Below, one piece after another: positions 39,611 to 48,401 of a DNA stretch of 64,000 nt (positions within the stretch are counted from its first letter, which is position 1; each line of letters starts with the position of its first letter). This DNA is from a virus, in the IMG/VR virus record IMGVR_UViG_3300025108_000022, positions 38,648-102,647 of that record; one strand, written 5' to 3'. A program made the position numbers and the translations under genes. A model generated the notes under the pieces. It was not told the DNA's origin, made no database searches, and saw only the letters and a list, made by a program, of their open reading frames with translations.

Positions 39611-39732
39611 TCCTCTTCCCCAGTTAGATCTTTAATCACCTTTCCGCTTATGCACGATGGGCACTTGCGGAATCCGGCTCTTGCTAAGTTTTTACATTTT
39701 CTGTCGGCACATAGCCTTGTTGTTAATCGCAT
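39607..39732 (-). CDS. 41-aa Zn-finger micro-protein (not in ORF track)
   Basis: MRLTTRLCADRKCKNLARAGFRKCPSCISGKVIKDLTGEEE; GAGG SD; ATGA overlap. Confidence 0.5.
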   Translation of the reverse strand: MRLTTRLCADRKCKNLARAGFRKCPSCISGKVIKDLTGEEE

Positions 39733-39816
39733 CTCATTCCTCTCCATTTTCGTATTTCCAATTGGATTCTGTTTTGACATTTTCCAATTGAAAAATTGAT
39801 TTTCTAATTGGATAAT

Positions 39817-40890
39817 TCATACTCCGCCACTCCTGTCATAGAACGGGCAACGACCGATACAATACCCCTTTTGGTGAAGGGTTCGGCACGATGGTGATTT
39901 GTAGTAGCGATCCACATTATGGTTGATGTATGATACGGTGATGTCCTCTTTGTAGTCCGACCAATCCAAGTCCCGAATGAACGACACGATGGTGTCTTTG
40001 ATGCTACGGTTGGTGGTTGGCGATGAACGAGGGGGTCTTGCGAAGGAGCGTAGCCTGTCCTGCAAATACATGGCAAGATACACTCTCGCTTCGTGAGTAG
40101 GGTTGCTCCCCTTTTCACAGGCGGCTGACGCCAAGCAGGGGAGGATAGTGAGGTTGCCGACCTTCTTCATGTCCACATCCACAGGGTCAGCCTCAAATGG
40201 TGCATCGGGATCTCGCTTCTTGGTCTTGATAACCATACCTTTCGTGCCGTATGGCTTCATGCCCCCATGAGGCTCGTCGGCTTTGGCTATGACTGACGGC
40301 CAACCTGCTTCAAGGTCTTCGGTTGTCAGCGGCATACCCCATAGCCCCCGTTTGAAATTGTATGTGTTAGGAATGCGAATGTGCCTGTCGGGTCGGAATG
40401 AAACCACTGGATCGAGAGTGGACAAGTCCCACTTCTTAACCCAGCCGTCAATCATTTTACGACCAGTGAGCAAGAAGTCACCGAGTTCAATTGAAGTCGG
40501 TTCGTATGTTTTGTCAAGGCTGACCCAAATATGAACACCGCCTCCGGTGAACCACATAGCGTGCCGCCAGTCGTTTGACACAAGGTGCTGATGAAGCGCA
40601 TAGACTTCTTTGAAGCACCTGTCGCCCGCTTGGGCGGCTGATACACTCTCTTTCATGGCTCGTTCATAGTCCATGTCAATGACGAAGTGTGGGATCACAG
40701 CCGTGTTGTATTCACCACGGTTCCCTTTCGTCTTTAATTGACGGAAACCATAGACCGTAGTGGTGAGGTTGTCAGCACCGTTCGTGGCGGCGACATAGCG
40801 TTGCAGTTCGTCCATGTTATGCACCACTTTCCGCTTTCGCATATCCACCTCACGGGGAAAATGTCGGAACATGTGGGTGCTTCGTGTCAT
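39817..40890 (-). CDS. Archaeo-eukaryotic primase, PriS catalytic domain fused to PriL-like Fe-S domain
   Basis: FVIDMDY, FTGGGVHIW, RHIRIPNTYN; C-terminal LPCL...HEARVYL...SPSC...GYCIGRC. Confidence 0.85.
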   Translation of the reverse strand: MTRSTHMFRHFPREVDMRKRKVVHNMDELQRYVAATNGADNLTTTVYGFRQLKTKGNRGEYNTAVIPHFVIDMDYERAMKESVSAAQAGDRCFKEVYALHQHLVSNDWRHAMWFTGGGVHIWVSLDKTYEPTSIELGDFLLTGRKMIDGWVKKWDLSTLDPVVSFRPDRHIRIPNTYNFKRGLWGMPLTTEDLEAGWPSVIAKADEPHGGMKPYGTKGMVIKTKKRDPDAPFEADPVDVDMKKVGNLTILPCLASAACEKGSNPTHEARVYLAMYLQDRLRSFARPPRSSPTTNRSIKDTIVSFIRDLDWSDYKEDITVSYINHNVDRYYKSPSCRTLHQKGYCIGRCPFYDRSGGV

Positions 40891-40899
40891 AATACTCAC
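40877..40899. repeat. Direct repeat copy 1 flanking beta-MTase (21/23 identical to 42205-42227)
   Basis: GTGCTTCGTGTCATAATACTCAC vs GTGCTTCGTGTCATATTGCTCAC. Confidence 0.9.
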
Positions 40900-42218
40900 C
40901 ATTCAAAGAGCGACCTTTGCGCCCGAAGGACACGCACTTTTTGTTCCTCTATTTCAACCCAATGTGAAATCCGATGGCGAGCGATGCCGATGTATTCTTC
41001 TTCACGCTCAATGCCAATGAAATTGAAGCCCTCCACATTCGCCGCAATACCAGTAGTTCCACTCCCCATGAACGGATCTAAGACGACTCCGTTGGGAGGC
41101 GTGACGAGTCGGCATAGGTATTTCATCAAATTAACGGGCTTAACCGTTGGGTGTATGTTTTTTCGGTATTCAACTTTGTTGTGTAAAGACGAAGGCTTCG
41201 CTTCGTCGTTTTCGTGCTTGAAATCCTCACTCCCACGCTTCAATTCGGCTTTTGCTTGATTGCTCCACGCAACAAGTTGCGGTTCTTTGTCTTCCAAACC
41301 AAAGTCCTTTTCCGCTTTGCTCGCTTTAGCGCAGTAAAAGAATCGGGCGGCTGAACCATTTCCCATCTCGGTGCGAACCCCGTTGTCCACATTCCCCCAT
41401 CCCCCTTCGTAATGTTCACCCATAGCCACATTGGACTTCTTTGGGAACGCACCACCATTGGATTGAGGGAACAGGTTCACGACTTCATCCGAGCCATCGT
41501 GAATGAAATTGGCGGGGAATCTCCCTAAAGCGTGTTGATCCTGTGCTTCTTTGTTGTCTTTCATGCCAAAATTGACAACGGCATTCTCCCTGTTGTTGCT
41601 ACCAATGGATAATTTCTCGTTGGTGGCTATTCGGCAACCGTCAATGTTCAAACCGCCTGTGCCATGCTCAAGCACATTCTCAACGATAGTGCCGATAAGG
41701 GGCTTGCGGGCGACCACGATAGGCTCATGGGCAGGTTTGAGGGATGAACCCCACCCCTCCCATTTTTTCGCTTCGTCGGTTTGTGGGTTCTCCGCTGTTT
41801 TCTCTTTCATTTGAAATCCCAATGGCCCTTTCACTGTTCGTGATGAAGGGAGGACTTCTCCCTCAACATAGCGACCCGCTTTTTTGTCAATGTTCTTACT
41901 GACGGACTGACTTTTTGGGAAGCCCGACCCATAGACCCACATGATTTGATCACGGATTTCAAAGCCAGCGTCCTCTATGTTCACGGCCATGCGGTGATAT
42001 GTGCGAGAACCAGCAAATGATAGCAAATATCCTCCCGGTTTCAATACTCGGAAAGCCTCTTTCCACATCTCAACCGAAGGCACATCGTAGTCCCACTTCT
42101 TGCCCATGAAGGACAGTCCGTATGGTGGATCGGTGACGATTGAGTCAACGCTGTTATCCTCCATTTTCTCAAGTATAGCGATACAATCTCCGTGTATTAG
42201 TTCTGTGCTTCGTGTCAT
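40896..42218 (-). CDS. Beta-class N6-adenine/N4-cytosine DNA methyltransferase
   Basis: LIHGDC, DSIVTDPPY, HPTVKPV, VLDPFMGSGTTG, FIGIERE. Confidence 0.92.
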   Translation of the reverse strand: MTRSTELIHGDCIAILEKMEDNSVDSIVTDPPYGLSFMGKKWDYDVPSVEMWKEAFRVLKPGGYLLSFAGSRTYHRMAVNIEDAGFEIRDQIMWVYGSGFPKSQSVSKNIDKKAGRYVEGEVLPSSRTVKGPLGFQMKEKTAENPQTDEAKKWEGWGSSLKPAHEPIVVARKPLIGTIVENVLEHGTGGLNIDGCRIATNEKLSIGSNNRENAVVNFGMKDNKEAQDQHALGRFPANFIHDGSDEVVNLFPQSNGGAFPKKSNVAMGEHYEGGWGNVDNGVRTEMGNGSAARFFYCAKASKAEKDFGLEDKEPQLVAWSNQAKAELKRGSEDFKHENDEAKPSSLHNKVEYRKNIHPTVKPVNLMKYLCRLVTPPNGVVLDPFMGSGTTGIAANVEGFNFIGIEREEEYIGIARHRISHWVEIEEQKVRVLRAQRSLFEW

Positions 42219-42227
42219 ATTGCTCAC
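42205..42227. repeat. Direct repeat copy 2 flanking beta-MTase
   Basis: See 40877-40899. Confidence 0.9.
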
Positions 42228-43165
42228 TCCAAGTGTGTTTGATAACGAGGACAGAACTCTTTGAGAGCGCACCACGGGTCGCAAATTGAGTATTGGCGAC
42301 CGGGTGCAATAAGTGGGAACATGCTGATGTCGCCGTCGCCCTTGTAGCGTCGGTGCATACGGACGAGGTTTTGCATATCAGCCATCATCAAGCCCAGTTC
42401 TTTGACACGAACTGCCTCCACCAAGCGGAACATTTCAGCGTCTTCGGTATCGGTGCCCTTGACACCCTTAGTGTGATCCCACCCCCAGTGGGTGATTTGT
42501 GCCGAAGGGTCAGCCTTTCGCAACGCCCACACATAAAACGCCATTTCCTTTCTCATAGCCTCGTATTTGTATTTGGCTTCTTTCCAAGCACCTGTCTTGA
42601 GTTCGTGAATGTGTAGTGTCCCGTCGGGGTTAGTGTAAATGCGGTCAATAAAACCGTTGATATGTATGCGTTGGGGTTGTCCGTCAACCTTAATTTCAAC
42701 CACGCAATCAATCTCCATCTCGTTGCCAGTCGGCAGGAAGTGTTCGGGGTCGCTGTTGTTGAAGCGGTCAATCTCCTTCACACGGAAACGGTCAATGTGC
42801 AGATCTTCATCCAAAAAGAACGAATCCTGTGCCGAACGGATTTCCTTTGAAGTGGGGAAGCACTCACGGAAATAGCCATCAAGGTCAGTTTCGGCACTTG
42901 CCTTTTCAATATCCACCCTGTCATAGAATCCTTCAACAGCGTCGTGGACATTGGTGCCCCGTAGCATGTTGTCGTTCTGTGGTTCCTTCATACCAACGAT
43001 TCGTTTTAGGCCGTATTGTTGAGCGCAAAAGGTGGACTCGCCCAGCGAGGACTTGCTCATACGGAGAATGATGTTGTCGGGCATACCGGGGTGCCAATCA
43101 TAACATGAGAACAAGTCCTCATGGTTCGGCACAGGGTATGGGCGTGGTGGCTTATGGGTAATCAT
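42224..43165 (-). CDS. Cas4-like PD-(D/E)XK exonuclease (solo, replication-associated)
   Basis: N-terminal Cys (FCAQQY), RGTNVHD, GFIDRI, IHELKTG, EMAFY, C-terminal CDPWCALKEFCP. Confidence 0.8.
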   Translation of the reverse strand: MITHKPPRPYPVPNHEDLFSCYDWHPGMPDNIILRMSKSSLGESTFCAQQYGLKRIVGMKEPQNDNMLRGTNVHDAVEGFYDRVDIEKASAETDLDGYFRECFPTSKEIRSAQDSFFLDEDLHIDRFRVKEIDRFNNSDPEHFLPTGNEMEIDCVVEIKVDGQPQRIHINGFIDRIYTNPDGTLHIHELKTGAWKEAKYKYEAMRKEMAFYVWALRKADPSAQITHWGWDHTKGVKGTDTEDAEMFRLVEAVRVKELGLMMADMQNLVRMHRRYKGDGDISMFPLIAPGRQYSICDPWCALKEFCPRYQTHLE

Positions 43166-44122
43166 TCACCACCACTCCTTTGGTTCGGGCTGTTCGTCTT
43201 TCTTGACCCATTCAAATTGCTCAAGGACTGACTTGTTTCCGGGGTCATTGATTTCGCATGACATGGCATCGTCGCTGTGTAGTTCCTCTTCCCCTCCCCA
43301 CATTTCAACAATACCCTGTTGATCGTCGTGGTAAATGCTCACCGCATCACAGGAATTGCATTCAAATGGCCGTCGGCCTTCGGGCACGAATCCATCGGCG
43401 AACTTCTGTTCCATTTCAGCAAGGGTGTTGTATTGGTTCATCCCGTGCTTCATTGGGGAAACCTTTCGGCTTTCCTCGTCCCAGTGCTTGGCTTGCGCCC
43501 ATAGATCTGGATATTTTTTCCATAGAACATACCACGATGAAGTGGGTTGTTTGATGCAGTGAAAGCACCCCAAGCGTTGAAAATTGACATACAATGGGTT
43601 CACCATGTCAAGTTTGTCAAGGTATTTGAAAGCGTCTTCTTCTGTCCAGCCCCACTCAATGAGAGGATAACGAATGCCGTCCTCCTTTGCGGTCTTTGAC
43701 ACACGCCTCTTCTCGTCTATGGCGATACCGACATACTTGATCGTGCATTCCTTAGTCGCCCGTTGAAGAGGATAGAGTTTGGCTTCTCTCGCCCAGTAGC
43801 AAGGATAAACGATGAGGGGTGCCCCACGAACATTTCCTTCGTTTTTGCCCCTCGTCACCTTGCCATAGAACCACTCGTTCCATGACTTCTTTGAGAACAC
43901 ATGTTCAATGTGCAATCCTTTTTCGGGGTATTTTTCTTGAATGTATTTTTCAACATGCTTGATGTAGTCGTAAAGTTCGGGGAACTCAAAACCAGTGTCA
44001 GCGAATACAATGCGGTGAATCGGATAGTTTGGATCGTCCAGTTCAAGCATCCTCAATAACATAGCCGTTGAATCCTTTCCGCCGCTGAACGACACCATCG
44101 CAATATCCTGTTTCTCTTCCAT
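43166..44122 (-). CDS. PAPS reductase/DndC-like PP-loop protein
   Basis: VSFSGGKDSTAML, FADTGFEFPE, RYPLIEWGW, RLGCFHC. Confidence 0.85.
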   Translation of the reverse strand: MEEKQDIAMVSFSGGKDSTAMLLRMLELDDPNYPIHRIVFADTGFEFPELYDYIKHVEKYIQEKYPEKGLHIEHVFSKKSWNEWFYGKVTRGKNEGNVRGAPLIVYPCYWAREAKLYPLQRATKECTIKYVGIAIDEKRRVSKTAKEDGIRYPLIEWGWTEEDAFKYLDKLDMVNPLYVNFQRLGCFHCIKQPTSSWYVLWKKYPDLWAQAKHWDEESRKVSPMKHGMNQYNTLAEMEQKFADGFVPEGRRPFECNSCDAVSIYHDDQQGIVEMWGGEEELHSDDAMSCEINDPGNKSVLEQFEWVKKDEQPEPKEWW

Positions 44123-44125
44123 GTT

Positions 44126-46405
44126 TTACCACCACTCTTGAGGCTTTGAGCCATCTGCCGTCGGCTGTCGCCAACCCATCGCCTCAAAGATGAGGGAAAC
44201 GGGGGCTATAATTTGCTTTTCTATCACAGCCGTGAAATCTATGTCTAATTCTTCAAGTTCTTCGGGGGTTCGGTATGCTTCGATCCCCTTTGTAGTGTAT
44301 GTGTGGGGGACACCATCGCCCTTCTCAAATCGGTTGTCGGGGTTCAGTCGGTTGTATGCCTTAGCGGCTCCTTGAAACCCACCCTGCTGTCCGTATTTTT
44401 CCGGCTTCTTGCCTAAGCGAGAGCGCATAACAAGAGCCTCACGCTTCACCACAGTTCGCACGCCGGAAATCCATGTGTTCACCAAATCCCGAATGTCGTC
44501 TTCACTGGCGTCCTCACGGCAAACGGCCTCAAAGGCCACTTCTTGAATGCGTTTGGTGATCTGTGCGGCATTGGACTTCTTCATCTCAAAGCCAGTGCAG
44601 TGTAGTCCCTGCTTCGGCCATATCACCCAGCCGAAGTTCCTGTTCTTCTTGGCGGCAACCCATGACTTCATCAGTTTCTCATACTCCACCACGAATCGCT
44701 CGCTGTTGAACTCTTTCTGTATCGTTCGTGTTAAGGCATCGGCTATCTCATGGCCGTCGTTGTCGCCGATTCCGATGTATGCGCTGTCGGTGTGTCCGGC
44801 CAATGGCTCATAGCCCATCTCTTCGCACACATCCATGAGGCGTGAAACCAGTGATCGACCAACATAGGTGATAGTAGCGGCAACAGTTCTGTGTGCTTCA
44901 CCATGACCTGTGTGTCCCATGAGGCCATATACGCTGGCGGCGGCACGCTTGAAGGCTAATTGCAGTGTGTTGAAGCCAGCGTATTCCGATGAACCCGGTT
45001 CGTGCTTCTTCATCTCGGCCTTCGCTTCGTTGCGAGCATCGGCCAGATCCATTTGCAGTTGGGGCAATACCCCAACCCTCTCTTGACTCCAATGTGTGCC
45101 GTTGCCGACCGCACGGGTATTCTCCCCTGCTTCGTGCCGAAGCATTTCGGGACTGATGTTGTCAGCCCGCTGAATCTCGGCATACATGGCACGATAGTCA
45201 AAGACAGCGACATTGTTATGTCGGCCTGTTTTCGGCTCGGCTACAAAGCCACCGCCGTATGAATCGCCAGTTCCCTTCTTGTATGTCCCTGTGGGTGCCG
45301 CCCATGTCGCCCTTCGGCGTAGCAATCCTCTTGCGAAGCGGCTCACTGTAAATACAGAACCAAACGATACGCCACAGACTCGTTGTAAAGCCATGAAGAA
45401 TCGGGTGACATGATATTCCCTGTCAAGGCGATCTGTGAGTAAAACATCAGCACGGTGATAGTGCAGGAAATCCTCAAAATGGTTGAGCCAAAGGTCGTGA
45501 TGTGATATTCCTTTGGTGTCTATCTTCCATAATTCGGGGTTATCGGGGAACGCCACCTTGCCAACAGCACCCAGTCGTCGGTCGGACAATTGACCGTTTC
45601 CTGCGTCCCGCCACACACGCTCAAAGCCGTGGTTCCTGTCAGCGAGGTCAACGGTCATGCGACCGGGTATCACTTGAGTCCCGTCGTCATAGACTCCACT
45701 GCGTGGGAGGTGGATCATTGGTGGTGAAGTGCTGAACTCCGAGAGAGGCGACATCCAGTCAAAGCCAATGTCATGGTGTTTGTAGCGTTCATACATTTTA
45801 GGCCAGTCGGCACGGTTGCCCGACCATGTGGTGATAAGGTCGGGATCTAATTCCTCAAACGCCAATGCAAATGCTTCAAGCATTTCCTTCTCGGAACGGT
45901 ATGGGTTGAGGACACCCTCATAGGTTGGATGCCAAGACCACTGCTGGACAACCTCACCGTTCGTGGTGAAGCCCATAGCAGTGAGTTCTCCTTGCTCGTT
46001 CCATTCAAGGTCAAAGCCACCAGCCCGAACCATGTTCGGGAACCAGTCGGGAATATCCTGCGGATCAATGCTGTCAATAGCATACCTGTCGGGGAAGTGA
46101 ATGTCAGCCTCCCATGTTTCGTCGCAAAGTTCTCGCATAGGTTTGACATCTTTCGGACTCGGTGCGACAATTGAAATCAATTCCCTGCCGTCCAAAGACT
46201 TGGCCGTCCTTTCACCAGCATACCAGCCAACGAACCGTTCGTCAAATAACTCGGTGATTCGTGGTGTATCGCTGTCAGCGGCCACATAGAAGTATGGTCG
46301 GAATGTCCCATCGTGAGCCTCCATCACCACACCGTTTTCATCACGGTATCGCAAATAGATCGAAGGGCACTCCGAATCATCGGTTTCGTATGTTTGGATA
46401 ATCAC
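44126..46405 (-). CDS. polB: Family B DNA polymerase
   Basis: FRPYFY, ExoI FDLEW, ExoII WSGNRADW, ExoIII YHRAD; polymerase motifs VFDYRAMYAE, KRAAASVYG, AGHTDS, KKNRN, GFEMKKS. Confidence 0.92.
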   Translation of the reverse strand: MIIQTYETDDSECPSIYLRYRDENGVVMEAHDGTFRPYFYVAADSDTPRITELFDERFVGWYAGERTAKSLDGRELISIVAPSPKDVKPMRELCDETWEADIHFPDRYAIDSIDPQDIPDWFPNMVRAGGFDLEWNEQGELTAMGFTTNGEVVQQWSWHPTYEGVLNPYRSEKEMLEAFALAFEELDPDLITTWSGNRADWPKMYERYKHHDIGFDWMSPLSEFSTSPPMIHLPRSGVYDDGTQVIPGRMTVDLADRNHGFERVWRDAGNGQLSDRRLGAVGKVAFPDNPELWKIDTKGISHHDLWLNHFEDFLHYHRADVLLTDRLDREYHVTRFFMALQRVCGVSFGSVFTVSRFARGLLRRRATWAAPTGTYKKGTGDSYGGGFVAEPKTGRHNNVAVFDYRAMYAEIQRADNISPEMLRHEAGENTRAVGNGTHWSQERVGVLPQLQMDLADARNEAKAEMKKHEPGSSEYAGFNTLQLAFKRAAASVYGLMGHTGHGEAHRTVAATITYVGRSLVSRLMDVCEEMGYEPLAGHTDSAYIGIGDNDGHEIADALTRTIQKEFNSERFVVEYEKLMKSWVAAKKNRNFGWVIWPKQGLHCTGFEMKKSNAAQITKRIQEVAFEAVCREDASEDDIRDLVNTWISGVRTVVKREALVMRSRLGKKPEKYGQQGGFQGAAKAYNRLNPDNRFEKGDGVPHTYTTKGIEAYRTPEELEELDIDFTAVIEKQIIAPVSLIFEAMGWRQPTADGSKPQEWW

Positions 46406-47202
46406 GCCGATGCCCCGCCTTCTTCTTGGCGGGGAGCGATAACGGCTGTTGTTCCAAAATCACCGTCGGGTGATTCGTGGCGAATGAGCAAGGGGCTGTC
46501 GTTGCCTCCGTGCAAATAGACAGTCCCATTCCCCGGCATAGCCTTGAGAGCGTCCATTAGCCACTTTCCAAACCAATTGAGAACACCTTCGCTTTCATCA
46601 GCGAGGTTGTTTGTCAATGGTTCAAGTGTTGATTCCATGCGGATTGAATCACGCTTGACGCTAAGGGTCAGCCCAGCGACATTTGATTCAAGACAGAATA
46701 GCGCACCGTTCTGTATGGATTTCCCAGTGTTTCGCATTTGTTGAAAACGCTGTCCTTCAAACGATTGAGCGAAGGTCAGTTCACCCGAACCGAACTTGTT
46801 GAAGTCGTTGGCTCTTGAATCATCAATCAGTTTCACGACTTGTTCAACGCCAGCCTGTGAAGAGGCCGAATTGACCGACGGCATAGTGAAGGAAGTGCTT
46901 GAGCCAGCGACATGGATCTTGCCATCGTCGTGAAGAACAATTTTCACTTCTTCGTTTCCAATGCCACATTCCTTGATGAGTGAAGTGAAGGTGGATAATT
47001 GGCCGAGCGCAATTGACCCAGCGTCAACACATCCCTCTCCTTCACGGAAAGAAGTGTGCCGTTGAATGAAATACGCTTTGTCAAGAGTTCCTGCGGAACC
47101 CAAGCCTTCTTCACTGACATTGACGACCAAATCATCCATGCCCTCAAAGCCCTTGAGGAAACCCAGCAGGTTGTGTTGAAGCATACGGAAGCCGACCATC
47201 AA
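46402..47202 (-). CDS. PCNA-like sliding clamp
   Basis: About 266 aa adjacent to PolB; C-terminal DSPLLI...TAVIAPR typical of PCNA. Confidence 0.7.
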   Translation of the reverse strand: MMVGFRMLQHNLLGFLKGFEGMDDLVVNVSEEGLGSAGTLDKAYFIQRHTSFREGEGCVDAGSIALGQLSTFTSLIKECGIGNEEVKIVLHDDGKIHVAGSSTSFTMPSVNSASSQAGVEQVVKLIDDSRANDFNKFGSGELTFAQSFEGQRFQQMRNTGKSIQNGALFCLESNVAGLTLSVKRDSIRMESTLEPLTNNLADESEGVLNWFGKWLMDALKAMPGNGTVYLHGGNDSPLLIRHESPDGDFGTTAVIAPRQEEGGASA

Positions 47203-48401
47203 GCATCACCTCTTGGGACATTGAAGTCGCCAGCGGAGATCTTAGGCCATCCATGCCAAACACCACCGTCGTCGTTCCTCTCAAAGAGCAGGACACGACC
47301 CGACGCTTGGAGTGAAGTGCGGTCAGCGATAATCACAGCGTAGCCACGGACAACACCAGTGAGTTCACCGGATTCGTTGCGTTCCTCTTCAAGTTCAGTG
47401 TGAATGACTTGTTGCAGGTGCCCTTCTGTGCCCTTGAGCCACTTCGGGGTGTCTTGCCCAGCAAGTTCGTTGCCCGACGAGTCGTAGCCCGGTTTCATGT
47501 GGGTAATGACATAGCAGTGAACGCCACCACGACATAGTTCACGGAGAGCGACCATAGCCGTTTGATAGCGAGTAGCACGAATGTTCCAATTGAAGCGGCC
47601 AATTTGAGTGGTGGCCTTCTTGCCCGAAACAGCGATACCGTCAACACCAAGATCCAAATCATCAACCTTCATGCAGGTTTCAGTGATATGTAGCCAATGG
47701 TCGGCTCCATCAAACACCACAGTCTTGAGGTATGGTTTTGGCATCTTGCCGTGTTCAGCGAAGTATTCATTCTGTGCCTCCATTTGAGCCTGTGCGGTCT
47801 TGAGGATGTCCACAGTTTGTTGAAATGTTGCTGGGAAATCGTATGGGACACGACTGTCACCATAATTGAATACCCACGGATTGAGAACGACGAGGTTTTC
47901 AGCCTTGTCAGCGTGGTGAGCCGCCTTCGTAGTTTCCCCACCGAGATCGAAGTCCAAGTGCCAAATCTCGGCACCGTTTTTGACTTCTTGTGGAGTGAGG
48001 CTGTCAAGCACCATACCAGTCTTGCCGGTCTTTGGTGCCCCTGCGATACCACACATAACGAATGCGGGTGGTGCCTTGATAACACGACGAGCGTTGCGAA
48101 TCATGTTAGCAATTGTCGGGTTGACTCTTGACAGGTGGTTTGCGGTGGCCGGTGGAGAAGGCTTCTTGGCCTTCTTTGGAGCAGGTGCGGGTGGTGCCTC
48201 ATCAACAGGTTCCTCCATCTCCGGTTCTTCGTGTTGAACAACAGGTGCTTCATCAACCAGTGCCTCAATAGGAATGTCTTTCATTTCCTTCTTCGGTGCA
48301 GGTTTTGGTGCTGGGGTCTTCTTAGATCCGCCAGCCTTCTTGGTCGGTGGTTCGTAATTGCCCTTCTTTTCCTTGAAGCCGTCTAAGAATCCTGTTCCCA
48401 T
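47199..48401 (-). CDS. RecA-superfamily ATPase (RadA/Sak4-like recombinase)
   Basis: Walker A GAPKTGKT, LDFDLG, Walker B TVVFDG, YVITH; Lys/Pro-rich disordered N-terminus. Confidence 0.7.
   Translation of the reverse strand: MGTGFLDGFKEKKGNYEPPTKKAGGSKKTPAPKPAPKKEMKDIPIEALVDEAPVVQHEEPEMEEPVDEAPPAPAPKKAKKPSPPATANHLSRVNPTIANMIRNARRVIKAPPAFVMCGIAGAPKTGKTGMVLDSLTPQEVKNGAEIWHLDFDLGGETTKAAHHADKAENLVVLNPWVFNYGDSRVPYDFPATFQQTVDILKTAQAQMEAQNEYFAEHGKMPKPYLKTVVFDGADHWLHITETCMKVDDLDLGVDGIAVSGKKATTQIGRFNWNIRATRYQTAMVALRELCRGGVHCYVITHMKPGYDSSGNELAGQDTPKWLKGTEGHLQQVIHTELEEERNESGELTGVVRGYAVIIADRTSLQASGRVLLFERNDDGGVWHGWPKISAGDFNVPRGDA

Noticed and set aside
42224-43165. Cas4-like gene as evidence of a CRISPR-Cas system
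   Set aside because: No other cas genes or repeat-spacer array; solo Cas4-like nucleases are common in viral replication modules.
43166-44122. PAPS reductase as a sulfur-assimilation auxiliary metabolic gene (cysH)
   Set aside because: No ECGLH-type C-terminal motif or other sulfur pathway genes; context is DNA replication and modification.
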